From assembly GCA_905235705.1 (NCBI GenBank), contig CAJOML010000003.1:1-42657 (forward strand): a stretch of 42,657 nucleotides of DNA. The letters run 5' to 3'. Position numbers and translations under genes: made by a program. Below the pieces are notes generated by a model, which was not told the origin of the DNA, made no database searches, and saw nothing but the letters and a program-made list of their open reading frames with translations. Positions 16,381 through 25,912 of this stretch are shown here, in pieces (the first letter of the stretch is position 1; each line of letters begins with the position of its first letter). This stretch comes from an uncultured Bacilli bacterium (GTDB lineage: Bacteria; Bacillota_I; Bacilli_A; RFN20; CAG-826).

Positions 16381-18173
16381 GAGCTAACCCTCCCTTCTTT
16401 GATATTCTTTTTTGCGGATAAACGGAACATCGGGGAGAAGGCGATGCCTTCTTCGATCCTTGCCCTAGTTCCGTCGCCACCGACTTCCAAACGGGCTTGG
16501 ATTTGGGGGACGTTGGCATAAGCGACCCCATCTTTCCCTTCGATGTGACGGTATTTATAAAGGTAATCGATTTGGCAAGGTTCGCTTCCCTCGATACCTA
16601 AGGTGATGCCAGTCATATCCAAGGAATATTCTTCCTTGCCATAGGTGGCAACGATATAGTCCTCGATTTCGACTTCAAGTTGATTGGGGTTATCGAGGAT
16701 GATACGTTCGAAGACGATTTCCCCTTTCCCTTTCTTGAAGATGAAACGGGATTGCATTTTGATGGTCCCATCGCTAAAAGCAACGTCGAATGGGTCGGTT
16801 GTAAGGACGGTATCTTCGCCTTCTTTGCAGTAGGTTGCCATCGTCCTTTCCAAAGCCAAATCGACGATTTCGTCTTTATATTTGACTTGGCAGGATTTTA
16901 AGGTCCCTTGTCCGGCGTAATGGGTGAAGTAGCCAGCCCTATAATTGGCTTGGATCATGTAAGGGTAAGACGCGTTATAGGCATTCCCGGTGCCAATGCC
17001 AACGGGGATCTCGAGCTTAGCGGCATAGTTGCGAAGATCGATCATGGCCCCGCCTTGGTTGAAGTCAAGACAGCAACGTAAATAGGGGTCATAATACCAG
17101 AAATACTGCTTATCCGAGCCATAAAGGATATCTTTCCATAAAGCCACTTCGGGGGTCTTATAGTCAGGATGTTCTTTCCGGTAATAGGCTGCATATTCTT
17201 CCATCGTCATATCGATGAGGCGGCCTTCCTTTTTGAGTTTGCCATAATAATCCAAGGCATCCTCATAGGACTTCTTCAATAAAGAATAAGGGGCTTCCCA
17301 ACGGCCGAGCTTATTTAACCAGCCCGGTCCGACGAACATCATATTATAGGCGTGTCCATCATTATATTTGGCTTGGTGGGCAAACATGTCGACGAGGTTA
17401 TAGAAATAGGGGATTTCGTTATTTTTATAAATCATCCCACGGAGGACATTCTGCGGATGGGTGCCAAAGTTGGAGCCGTTGCCGTCAAAGCAAGCCATCG
17501 GGTCACGGCTAAGGTGGGGGATGGCGACGATGCCGGAATCCTCTTCTTCGTTTTCCGCCGGCATCGCCGAGTTGATTTTAGAGGGGATCCAAGGGGCCCA
17601 AGGTCCGCCATCCATAAACGTATACCAGGAATTGTTGGTCGTGTGGTATGCCTTAACCCCTTCTTCGAAGCAGGTGGCAACCGCGCAAGTCACGGATGGA
17701 TAAGTGGCCTTGATGTAATTGATGGTAAAAGCGTCAAGATAGTAAGACCCGGTGGAAGCGGGATAGAACCCGAATTTCTCTTTGAAGAGGGCAAAGCAAT
17801 CATCGACGATGGCTTTTTTGTCTTCATCGGAGAACATCCAGATGCAGAAATCCTTTGTTTTGTATTTTTCTTCGAACTGAGGGCAAGGAAGGCCAAGCAA
17901 AGTCAACGCGATTTCATCGCCATAAAGTTCGTGGTGCTTTTTGGCAAGGGAGACAACCGTGTCGTTAAATAAGGAGGCGTAGGTCATCTCGATGGTGGTT
18001 TTTAAGCCACGGGAATGGGCGCATTCTTGCTGAAAGAGGAAGATGGAAAGGGATTCGTCTAGCAGCGCATCATCGCCTAGTTCGTCCTTTTTGCCGTTTT
18101 GCGTCAGCTTTTGCGCGTATTCAGGGGCCATTTCGGGCCGATGAATTAAGGTGAGGATAAAATCGTTTTTCAT
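16353..18173 (-). CDS. uncharacterised 606-aa soluble protein, putative carbohydrate-active enzyme
   Basis: Long ORF inside the operon, with no signal peptide or TM segment and rich in aromatic residues. The N-terminal pattern (FKEKFGFYPASTGSYYLD...GGPWAPWIPS) recalls deacetylase/GH57-clan barrels. The C-terminus is beta-strand rich. The CDS is secure and the function is inferred. Confidence 0.7.
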   Translation of the reverse strand: MKNDFILTLIHRPEMAPEYAQKLTQNGKKDELGDDALLDESLSIFLFQQECAHSRGLKTTIEMTYASLFNDTVVSLAKKHHELYGDEIALTLLGLPCPQFEEKYKTKDFCIWMFSDEDKKAIVDDCFALFKEKFGFYPASTGSYYLDAFTINYIKATYPSVTCAVATCFEEGVKAYHTTNNSWYTFMDGGPWAPWIPSKINSAMPAENEEEDSGIVAIPHLSRDPMACFDGNGSNFGTHPQNVLRGMIYKNNEIPYFYNLVDMFAHQAKYNDGHAYNMMFVGPGWLNKLGRWEAPYSLLKKSYEDALDYYGKLKKEGRLIDMTMEEYAAYYRKEHPDYKTPEVALWKDILYGSDKQYFWYYDPYLRCCLDFNQGGAMIDLRNYAAKLEIPVGIGTGNAYNASYPYMIQANYRAGYFTHYAGQGTLKSCQVKYKDEIVDLALERTMATYCKEGEDTVLTTDPFDVAFSDGTIKMQSRFIFKKGKGEIVFERIILDNPNQLEVEIEDYIVATYGKEEYSLDMTGITLGIEGSEPCQIDYLYKYRHIEGKDGVAYANVPQIQARLEVGGDGTRARIEEGIAFSPMFRLSAKKNIKEGRVSSWLKVKKAN

Positions 18174-18181
18174 AATGGTAA

Positions 18182-20815
18182 TTATTTATGGGTAAGGGCG
18201 AAGTCGGTCATTCTTCCCCAGGCGCCGCCTTTGGCATTGACTTCCAAGCCGACGGTGACTTTTTTGCCTTCGGGGATATTGATCCCTTCTAATAAGACGT
18301 CTTTGGTTGAGGCAACGTCAGAAGTCGTCCAGGGAAGGAGATAGGTATCGCTATTGAGGTCGAATGTCACTTTCTCGGCGCCTTCGACTTGGTAATAGAA
18401 GACGAATGATTCGTACTTATCCTTGGTGGCGGAAAGGAGATGGAAAGAGAAAGTGTATTCCCCGGCGGTGAGGCCTTTGATGTTTTGATGGACGTCGAAG
18501 GAGAAAGCGGATTCGGCCCACCATTTGAAGTAATTGCTGGTGCCTTCTTCTTTCTTCATGGATTCGTTATCGGCGACGGATAAGATATTGCTTTCATCAT
18601 GTCCGACAATCCAAGGAGAGTTAGGAGCGGCCCATAAGGTTTGGGCGGCGAGGTTACCGTCTTCAAGAGCGCCAGTGGCGACGTATTCCTCTTCGGGGAG
18701 GATCTCTTGATGCTTGGCAAAGGACCAAAGATCATTATGACCCCAAGCCGAACCGACGGCTTCAACCGTCATACCGACGGTGATATCGGTGCCGTTAGCA
18801 GGGATTTCGATATTTTGGATGAGGCCGTGTTGCATATATCTAGCTAAGGGGGCGCCCCAACCTTTGACGAGGACGGAAATCATATCGACGGTGACTCTTT
18901 CTTGGCCATCGATTTGATACCAGAGGTCGAACTTCTTATATAAGGAAGCGGTGTCACCGGCCATGACATAGGTGGAAAGGTCGTAGTTGCCCTCTTTTAC
19001 GTTGGTGATTTTTTGCTGCAAGGTGAAGCCGAAATCGGAGACGTTATACCAGTGGAAATATTTATTCCCATCGAGGTTACCGGCCGATTTTTCTTCGATC
19101 CAGACGACGTGTTTGCCGGTGACTTTGGAAAGTTCCCAAGGCTCTTTGACTTCGACTTCTTCTCCGCTTCCTTGGTTTTCGAAGGAATAATCGGCGATAT
19201 AGTTGGTCTCGGCTTTGACTTTGGCGACGACGTCGAAGGTGTTATCGACTTTGCCGTTAACTTCATAATCACCATCGCCATCTTCTAAGATTTTGGCGAT
19301 TTTGGCTTCGTCCCAAGTCACGGGGCGGGCACGTAAGGCGTCGAGGTTGGTCTTAACCTGCAAAGTGGTGGGCAAATTGACTTTGCCATCGAGGAGGTTG
19401 ACGTTGACTTCGATTTCGTCTGCGACTAACCCAGCGGCGACTTCTTCGACTTTGCGGTCGCCTTCTTGGATATGGCGATAGGCGCTTGCCCCAGGAAGGG
19501 CTTTGCCGGTGTAGGAGAACCAGCCTTGGTTGCACCAAGAAGGCAAGCAGGATTTATCGGTATAGGCTTCGAATTGCATAAGCGAGGTGGCGTCTTTGCC
19601 GTTGTCGTTATAATATTGGCCCGCTTTAGAAGCCCAGGTTGAACCAGCGACGGGAAGCCAAGCGGGTTCCCAATAGAAGATGCCGCGTCCGCCTTGATTT
19701 TTCACTTCGGAAAGCAAGGAGACGAGATCGGCTAATAAAGTGGCTTGGCCTTGGTCGCCGGTGATATAACCACCGGTGGATTCGAAGGTGGAGGAATGGT
19801 ATTGGTTTTGGCAATTTTCGTTAGGATCATCGGTCACGCCATAGGCGGTTTCGGCGATGATGCAGGGCTTGCCGTAATTATCCTGGATGGTGTTCATGAT
19901 ATTGAGGAGGTTTTCCTGGCTACCATGCCAATAGGGATAATAAGAAAGGCCGACCATGTCATAATCGATATCTTTGACGGCATCGAGGAAACGATAGACG
20001 CCTCTGGGGGATTTGATATTGGTCAAATGGACGAGGGCCTGGATGCTAGGGAAGACGGATTTGGCGCCTTTAACGCCAGCATCGACCATTTCGGCGATGG
20101 TTTCGCCTTCGGAGGTCGGGATTTCCGCGATGGCGGTATTGGTTTCGTTACCGATTTGGACCGAATCGACGGTGATACCGGCATCTTTGAAGGCTTGGAG
20201 GGATTCCTTGGTGAAATTGCCGATTAATTCGGGCAGTTCATTGGGCAAGGCATCGGCCCAGGCTTTGGGGAGCCATTGCTTGCTGGGGTCGGCCCAGGAG
20301 TCACTATAATGGAAGTCGATAAGGACTTTCATGCCGGCTGCTTTGGCGCGTCTAGCCAAAGCGATATCGGTGGCTAAATCGTTGGTGCCGCCGCCATAGG
20401 GAAGGGGCTTTCCGTTTTCATCTTTTAATTTCTCGGAATAGGGGTTATTCCAAAGACGGAAACGGGCATAGTTGACGCCATCGTTATAAAGAAGTTTGAA
20501 GATGTCTTGTTCTTTTCCTTCTTCGTTATAGTAAACGCCGCCATTGGCTTCGATTTCGGCGACGATGGAAAGGTCGGCGCCATAGGCGAAATCGTTGACG
20601 AGGGCATTCTTGGGGGTGTTGACCTTTAAGGAAGCGTAGTCATGAGGCTCATCGTTGGTTTTTCCTTCGGGCTTGGGTTGCCAAGATGTGGAGATCTCTC
20701 TTTCGCTTGAGGAGGTCTCGCTTTGCTTGGTGGATTCGCTGCTATTTCCTCCCCCTCCGCAAGAAGCGAGGGTCAACGCGGAGAGAAGCAGGAATAAGGG
20801 GCTTAGTTTTTTCAT
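18182..20815 (-). CDS. surface lipoprotein GH53 endo-beta-1,4-galactanase with an Ig-like domain and two CBM61-like modules
   Basis: Lipobox LTLASC plus Ser-rich linker. YGADLS, RFRLWNNP, DFHYSDSWADPSKQ, QIGNE, IAETAY and FYWEP. LP...VTWD...Y.V.G Big-like segment. Two C-terminal repeats ending in AWG. Confidence 0.92.
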   Translation of the reverse strand: MKKLSPLFLLLSALTLASCGGGGNSSESTKQSETSSSEREISTSWQPKPEGKTNDEPHDYASLKVNTPKNALVNDFAYGADLSIVAEIEANGGVYYNEEGKEQDIFKLLYNDGVNYARFRLWNNPYSEKLKDENGKPLPYGGGTNDLATDIALARRAKAAGMKVLIDFHYSDSWADPSKQWLPKAWADALPNELPELIGNFTKESLQAFKDAGITVDSVQIGNETNTAIAEIPTSEGETIAEMVDAGVKGAKSVFPSIQALVHLTNIKSPRGVYRFLDAVKDIDYDMVGLSYYPYWHGSQENLLNIMNTIQDNYGKPCIIAETAYGVTDDPNENCQNQYHSSTFESTGGYITGDQGQATLLADLVSLLSEVKNQGGRGIFYWEPAWLPVAGSTWASKAGQYYNDNGKDATSLMQFEAYTDKSCLPSWCNQGWFSYTGKALPGASAYRHIQEGDRKVEEVAAGLVADEIEVNVNLLDGKVNLPTTLQVKTNLDALRARPVTWDEAKIAKILEDGDGDYEVNGKVDNTFDVVAKVKAETNYIADYSFENQGSGEEVEVKEPWELSKVTGKHVVWIEEKSAGNLDGNKYFHWYNVSDFGFTLQQKITNVKEGNYDLSTYVMAGDTASLYKKFDLWYQIDGQERVTVDMISVLVKGWGAPLARYMQHGLIQNIEIPANGTDITVGMTVEAVGSAWGHNDLWSFAKHQEILPEEEYVATGALEDGNLAAQTLWAAPNSPWIVGHDESNILSVADNESMKKEEGTSNYFKWWAESAFSFDVHQNIKGLTAGEYTFSFHLLSATKDKYESFVFYYQVEGAEKVTFDLNSDTYLLPWTTSDVASTKDVLLEGINIPEGKKVTVGLEVNAKGGAWGRMTDFALTHK

Positions 20816-21630
20816 TTGTCTTTCGTCCTCCTGTTTTCTTGACGATAGGCTTGGGGTGATAAGCCATAATAGGCATGGAAGGCTTTGGAGAAGTGGAGGG
20901 GGTTAGGGTAACCAACCGATATGGCCACTTCGGTGATGGAACGCGAGGTGAAGCTCAATAAACGAGCCGCCTCTTCCATCCGCAGCCTCGTCAATAAGGT
21001 TTTGGGGTTTTCCTCCCCTTCCCTTTTAAATAAATTGGCGAGGTAGTTGGGGGAGACGCCGATACTTCTAGCGACGTCTAAGATGGAGATTTTGAATTGG
21101 TAATTGTTGGCAATGAAGGCTTTGGCGGCCTGGATATGCCCTTTTTCTTTGAATTGTTTCGGGGTTTCTTTGCCCTTGACCATCTTATCTAATAAAGCGT
21201 AGGCTTCGGCAAGGCAATCTAGCCCGAACTTGCCATTTAGGAAATAGGATTCGTAAATGGCTTCGAAGTGGGAACGTCCTTCTTTTTTCTGATCGTGGAG
21301 GACGGGGACTTCTTGGCTAAATCCAGCCAAATTCAGAAGCGCGTTGATACGACTTCCCCCAAGTCCCACCCAAAGGTAGGACCAGGGGTTATCTTTTTCG
21401 GCTTGGTAAGAGGCTGAATCGCCAGCCCGAATCAAGAAGCAATCACCGGCTTTTAGGCGATAACTCACCCCGTTACGGGTAAATATCCCGCGCCCTGCAT
21501 AGACATAATGCAAGGTGGCATAGGGTTTCGGGGTGAAGACGATGTTTTTATCCGCGATGCAGGTTTCTCTTCCCGCCTCGGCGACAGAGACGTCGAGAAA
21601 GGAAGAGGAGTCGACTAGGCTTAAATCCAT
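20812..21630 (-). CDS. AraC family transcriptional regulator
   Basis: Cupin ligand domain (LHYVYAGRG, NPWSYLWVG) and double HTH (VSPNYLANLFK, SITEVAISVGYPNPLHFSKAF). ATG 21630 has SD AAAGGA just after the permease stop and is preferred over GTG 21666. Confidence 0.92.
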   Translation of the reverse strand: MDLSLVDSSSFLDVSVAEAGRETCIADKNIVFTPKPYATLHYVYAGRGIFTRNGVSYRLKAGDCFLIRAGDSASYQAEKDNPWSYLWVGLGGSRINALLNLAGFSQEVPVLHDQKKEGRSHFEAIYESYFLNGKFGLDCLAEAYALLDKMVKGKETPKQFKEKGHIQAAKAFIANNYQFKISILDVARSIGVSPNYLANLFKREGEENPKTLLTRLRMEEAARLLSFTSRSITEVAISVGYPNPLHFSKAFHAYYGLSPQAYRQENRRTKDK

Positions 21631-21637
21631 GTTGGGT

Positions 21638-22867
21638 TTATCCTTTGACAGCACCACCGGTAACACCGCCTACATAGTATTTCTGGACGACCATAAATAA
21701 GGTCGACAGCGGGATGGAGACTAACACCGCCCCGGCGGCGAAGACGCCGAACCAGTCCGCGATATTGCCTTCACCTAACATCGTGAATAAGCCGATCGCG
21801 ACGGTGTAATTATTGGCTTGGGCTTGCGGACCAAGGATGATCTTGGCGAAGACGAAGTCAACCCAAGGTGACATGAATGAAGTGATGATCGTATAAACGA
21901 TGATCGGCTTAGAAAGAGGAACCAAGATCTGGAAGAAGACACGGGCTGCGGAAGCGCCGTCGATCTTGGCCGCTTCGTCGATATCCATCGGGATGGTGTC
22001 GAAGAAGCCCTTTGCCACGAGATAGCCAAGTCCAGCACCGGCGGAATAAGCGATGATAAGACGGACTAGACCGGCATCGATATGGAAGACGTATTCGAAT
22101 AAGTAATAGGATACGAGCATCGTAAGCATCCCTGGGAAAAGGGAGACGATCATCGAGAGGTTCATCAAGCCTTTTCTCTTCTTGAAACGGAAACGAGAGA
22201 AGGCGAAGGCGGTTGCTAGGACAAACAAGGTGGAGACGATGGTCGAGCAAACCGAGACCAATAAGGTATTGGCCAGCCAAGTGGGGAATTGGTTGACCCC
22301 ACCGGTGCGGGTGAAGAGATCGATATAATGACGGAAGGTGCCGGCTTTGGGGAAGAAGCTCGACATCGAAGGACCATGGAGCCCATCGGTAAAGCTAACC
22401 AGAATCAGCCAAACAACCGGGATAAGCCAGAAGAGGACAAGGGCGGCGATAAAGACGTTATGGAAGACGGTAAGGGAGACGTCCCCGACTTTATGACGGA
22501 CCATGCGTCCATGGTTATGACGTTGCGTTTTGGCTAGGCTAACCGAGTTTTCGTCGGATTCGTAGATGAGGAGTTTTTCCTCGCCGCGGATATAGGTTTC
22601 AAGATGGATATCATATGTTCCATCACGACCGATGATGACTTTACGACCTTCTTCATCGGGCATGGCTTCGGCATCGTTTGCCCCAAGGGCGCGATATCCG
22701 ACGGTACGGTCGCCTTGGGTAAGATAGAGGATATCGCCTTTTTTCAGTTCGACGAAGAAAGCGATGACTTCGTCTTTGGCGGAAGCCCCGCCGGCAAGGG
22801 TGATGCGTTTTAAGAGTTTGCCATCACGGATAATATGGGCTTTCCAAGCGCCAGATTTATATTCCAT
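21638..22867 (-). CDS. sugar ABC transporter permease (MalG/GanQ-like) with an extra N-terminal soluble domain
   Basis: EAA loop FFDTIPMDIDEAAKIDGAS and C-terminal QKYYVGGVTGGAVKG. About 125 soluble residues precede TM1. Confidence 0.92.
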   Translation of the reverse strand: MEYKSGAWKAHIIRDGKLLKRITLAGGASAKDEVIAFFVELKKGDILYLTQGDRTVGYRALGANDAEAMPDEEGRKVIIGRDGTYDIHLETYIRGEEKLLIYESDENSVSLAKTQRHNHGRMVRHKVGDVSLTVFHNVFIAALVLFWLIPVVWLILVSFTDGLHGPSMSSFFPKAGTFRHYIDLFTRTGGVNQFPTWLANTLLVSVCSTIVSTLFVLATAFAFSRFRFKKRKGLMNLSMIVSLFPGMLTMLVSYYLFEYVFHIDAGLVRLIIAYSAGAGLGYLVAKGFFDTIPMDIDEAAKIDGASAARVFFQILVPLSKPIIVYTIITSFMSPWVDFVFAKIILGPQAQANNYTVAIGLFTMLGEGNIADWFGVFAAGAVLVSIPLSTLFMVVQKYYVGGVTGGAVKG

Positions 22868-24459
22868 TATTGCATCCTCCTTTCGCGGTTACCTTTGGTC
22901 GACTGAGTGAAGGTGACCAAGGTGAAGATCGTCGAGATGGTGAACATCATGATACCGACGATGGAGGCCATGTAGTATTCGTGCTTGGCTCCGCCGGCGA
23001 TCATGTTGTAAAGCCAGGTGATGAGGAGGTCGCTTTCCTTGGCCGAGACGTTGATGTAGTCCTGGTTTTGGGTGACCCCGTCACTGGTAAGAAGATAGAT
23101 AACGTTGAAGTTATTGATGTTGGAAACGAAGCTGGAAATCAAGTAAGGAGTGCAAACCTGAAGGATATAAGGCATCGTAATGGAACGGAACATCCTGGCT
23201 TTGGAAGCCCCGTCAATTCGCGCGGATTCGTAGAGATCTGCGGGGATATTCATCAAAATACCCGAGATCATTAACATCAAATAGGGGAAGCCGACCCAGC
23301 AGTTGACGATGATGACGGTGACCTTCGTCCAAGTGGGGTCGCTAAGGAAGGGGAAGTAGGGGGTGGAGATAAATCCGGAAGCCTGGGCGGCTTGGGTCCA
23401 ACCCCATTGCGACAATAAGTTATTGACGATGCCATTATCGGCTAAGAAGTAACGGACTAACATCAAGGACACGAATTGAGGAACGGCAATGGTAATGACA
23501 AAGCCGGTTCTCCAAACCTTGGGGAATTTGGTCCGTTTGGAATTAAGGAGCAAGGCAAGTAATAAACCACCGAAGAAGCAGGTGAAGGTGGCAAAGAAGG
23601 CCCAGACCAATGTCCAGATCAACTGTTGACCAAAGACGACGAGGAAGGATGAGGAGTTAAGGTTAAACAAAGAGCTCCATAAATTGAATCCTTCCCATTT
23701 GAAGGCATCGATGGTGACGGTCGCCCCACCGGCGTCTTTGGCGCCATAGTTAGTGAAGGCGATGAGGATCATCATGATGGTCGGGACGACGGTGAAGACC
23801 AAGATGCCAAGGATTGGGAGGGCCAAAACGGTCATGTAGAAATGATCGTTGATTAATGAGCCCATGTCGTCTTTGGCGGAGTTGATATGCTTGCCTTCGG
23901 CGATGTTTTCTTCGTTACGATAGACGCTCTTGATGGAGGCGATATGGATAAAGAAGAAGGCGACGATGACAAGGATTGCCATGACCGAGTTCAAGACGAC
24001 TAAGAATGCGTTGTCGCCTTTGACACAGTCGAGTTCACCGGTCTCGAAATTGATTTCACAGCCGCCGTTTTCAAGCGTTCCGGCAGGGGTGAGATTATTT
24101 AAACCGAGTTTGGGGAAGTTGGGGACGCCCCAGAAGATGATGGCCAAAATGGCGAGAACCTCAATGAGGAGGAAGAAGACGCCACGGAGCCATTGAACGA
24201 CGTGGACGCGACGCTTGATGGCGACCGAATCGGGGTGGCCTTGTTCGTCGGTGATGATCTCGTGTTCAATGACTTCCTGATATTGGTGGTGGACAAAGAA
24301 CCCAAAGCCCGAAATGAGGAAGGATAGGCGCGTGGCCCAATCGCCATAGCGCATCGCATCACCCAAAGGGGCAAAGTAGCCTTTGAAAGAGCGTCCGATT
24401 TTCTTCCAAAAGGAATACTTCTCTTTCGGTCCCTTTTCTTTTTTCTTAGGCTTAGACAT
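22867..24459 (-). CDS. sugar ABC transporter permease (MalF/GanP-like)
   Basis: NIPADLYESARIDGAS, NINNFNVIYLLT and DLLITWLY motifs. Confidence 0.92.
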   Translation of the reverse strand: MSKPKKKEKGPKEKYSFWKKIGRSFKGYFAPLGDAMRYGDWATRLSFLISGFGFFVHHQYQEVIEHEIITDEQGHPDSVAIKRRVHVVQWLRGVFFLLIEVLAILAIIFWGVPNFPKLGLNNLTPAGTLENGGCEINFETGELDCVKGDNAFLVVLNSVMAILVIVAFFFIHIASIKSVYRNEENIAEGKHINSAKDDMGSLINDHFYMTVLALPILGILVFTVVPTIMMILIAFTNYGAKDAGGATVTIDAFKWEGFNLWSSLFNLNSSSFLVVFGQQLIWTLVWAFFATFTCFFGGLLLALLLNSKRTKFPKVWRTGFVITIAVPQFVSLMLVRYFLADNGIVNNLLSQWGWTQAAQASGFISTPYFPFLSDPTWTKVTVIIVNCWVGFPYLMLMISGILMNIPADLYESARIDGASKARMFRSITMPYILQVCTPYLISSFVSNINNFNVIYLLTSDGVTQNQDYINVSAKESDLLITWLYNMIAGGAKHEYYMASIVGIMMFTISTIFTLVTFTQSTKGNRERRMQ

Positions 24460-24486
24460 GAAGGGATTTCCTTTTCCTATGAATGA

Positions 24487-25854
24487 TTAATTGCCAGAGA
24501 GCGCGTTAACGCATGCGTCAAGGGCGGCTTGGACGGCGGCTTTGTCGATGACGATGTCGGCAGTTCCTTCGCCGGAGGTGATGAAGGAAGCGCTGGCGCC
24601 GGCACTGCCTGCGCAAAGCTGGTCGGATAAACCGTTGGAAGGATTCCAGAAGGCTTCGTTGACCTTTTCGGTGAAGGCGCCTTTGGCCCATTGCTCGTCT
24701 AAGGCTTTGACGGCCGGATTTGTGGTGGTGTCAACCTTGGAAGCGGCTTCCGTGTTGGTGGGCGCTTCGGAAAGCGAATTGAAGCGGAGGATTTGGTTAT
24801 CGTAGTTGGTGAGGAATTCGGCGAATTTGGCGGAATCGATGAGGGTTTTGGCACGCTTTGCGTTAACGATACCGATCTTGAAGCCTTTGACCGATTGCAT
24901 GGAGAAGTCTTTGCTAGCTTCGTCAACGTGGTAGCTAGGCAAGACGGTCGCGGCGGTGTTATCACCCCAGGCGGCTTTGATACGTTTGTAGTTCCAAGTG
25001 CCGTTAATGGTGGCGATGATTTGGTTAGGCTGGGCATCATCGATTTGGGTCATCAAAAGGGCTTGGGTTTGGCTGGTCCATTGGTTCTTATATTCGCCAT
25101 GGGCCAATTTGACTAAGGAAGAAGCGACGTCGACGCCTTTGACGCCATTGACTTCTTTATTCCAGTCGCATTGGACAGTGGTGGAACCCGCTTCGCCAAG
25201 GACACTGAAACCAGCGCCACGGAACCAGCCGTCTAAATACCAGCCAGAGTGGTGGGGGAAGCCGAAGCGGAAGTTCTTCCCATATTGTTCGGAAGCGCGC
25301 TTAACGGCGGCAAGGAGGGAAGAGAAACTCGTGGTGTCTTCTTTGTTGATGTATTTGGAGTTGTAATAGAGGATATAGCCGTTGGAAGCGGAGACGGGGA
25401 AGCCATAGGTCTTGCCTTCACTGGTGACCATATCGATGGATTCTTTGGAGTTCCTGGTCTTGATGGTATCGGAGAGTCCTTCGATATAACGATCAAGGGG
25501 TTCCAAGCTTTGGATGAGGTTGGATTTGATCATGGCCGGGATTTGGTCATCGGCGGCGATGGCGAAATCGGCAGCTTGAGAAGGGTCAGCCGCCCAGTCG
25601 CCCGATACTGAAGATTCGGAGACGGCTTTGACGGTAAAGTTATATTCTTTCTCGGGATGGGCTTTCTTGAAGGCTTCGGCGACTTCATTGACGTAAGCTA
25701 ATGAGTCTTCGGTTTCCCCAGCCCACACGGTGATGTTGGTGACGCCGCCGGCACTAGAGGCAGCTGAACTGCTAGCTTGGGACGATTCACCTCCCCCTCC
25801 GCAGCTAACAAGGGCGATGAGGGAAAGGGCTGACATTAAATATTTGGCTTTCAT
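24487..25854 (-). CDS. oligosaccharide ABC transporter substrate-binding lipoprotein (MalE/GanS-like)
   Basis: Lipobox LIALVSC, ITVWAG, YGFPVS...ILYYN and INGTWN. SD AAGGAG. First gene of the operon. Confidence 0.9.
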   Translation of the reverse strand: MKAKYLMSALSLIALVSCGGGGESSQASSSAASSAGGVTNITVWAGETEDSLAYVNEVAEAFKKAHPEKEYNFTVKAVSESSVSGDWAADPSQAADFAIAADDQIPAMIKSNLIQSLEPLDRYIEGLSDTIKTRNSKESIDMVTSEGKTYGFPVSASNGYILYYNSKYINKEDTTSFSSLLAAVKRASEQYGKNFRFGFPHHSGWYLDGWFRGAGFSVLGEAGSTTVQCDWNKEVNGVKGVDVASSLVKLAHGEYKNQWTSQTQALLMTQIDDAQPNQIIATINGTWNYKRIKAAWGDNTAATVLPSYHVDEASKDFSMQSVKGFKIGIVNAKRAKTLIDSAKFAEFLTNYDNQILRFNSLSEAPTNTEAASKVDTTTNPAVKALDEQWAKGAFTEKVNEAFWNPSNGLSDQLCAGSAGASASFITSGEGTADIVIDKAAVQAALDACVNALSGN

Positions 25855-25889
25855 GGTTTTCTCCTTCTAAACGATTTTCAGTCAGCAAA

Positions 25890-25912
25890 ATTATAGTATG
25901 AAACCGCTTACA
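25890..25912 (-). promoter_or_regulatory. -10 box (TATAAT, 25895..25890) plus cre/LacI-family operator TGAAACCGCTTACA (25899-25912)
   Basis: 14/14 match to the cre consensus TGWNANCGNTNWCA, lying in the promoter spacer of a sugar-uptake operon. The -35 region is poor, consistent with activator dependence. Confidence 0.65.

Noticed and set aside
17352-17972. 206-aa plus-strand ORF and similar antisense ORFs (7191-7721, 19745-20227, 22870-23274 and others)
   Set aside because: They are shadows of long, motif-supported genes on the opposite strand, with no motifs or SD support.
21638-25854. Missing ABC ATPase in the sugar transporter
   Set aside because: This is normal for Firmicute carbohydrate ABC systems, which share an MsmX/MsmK-type ATPase.
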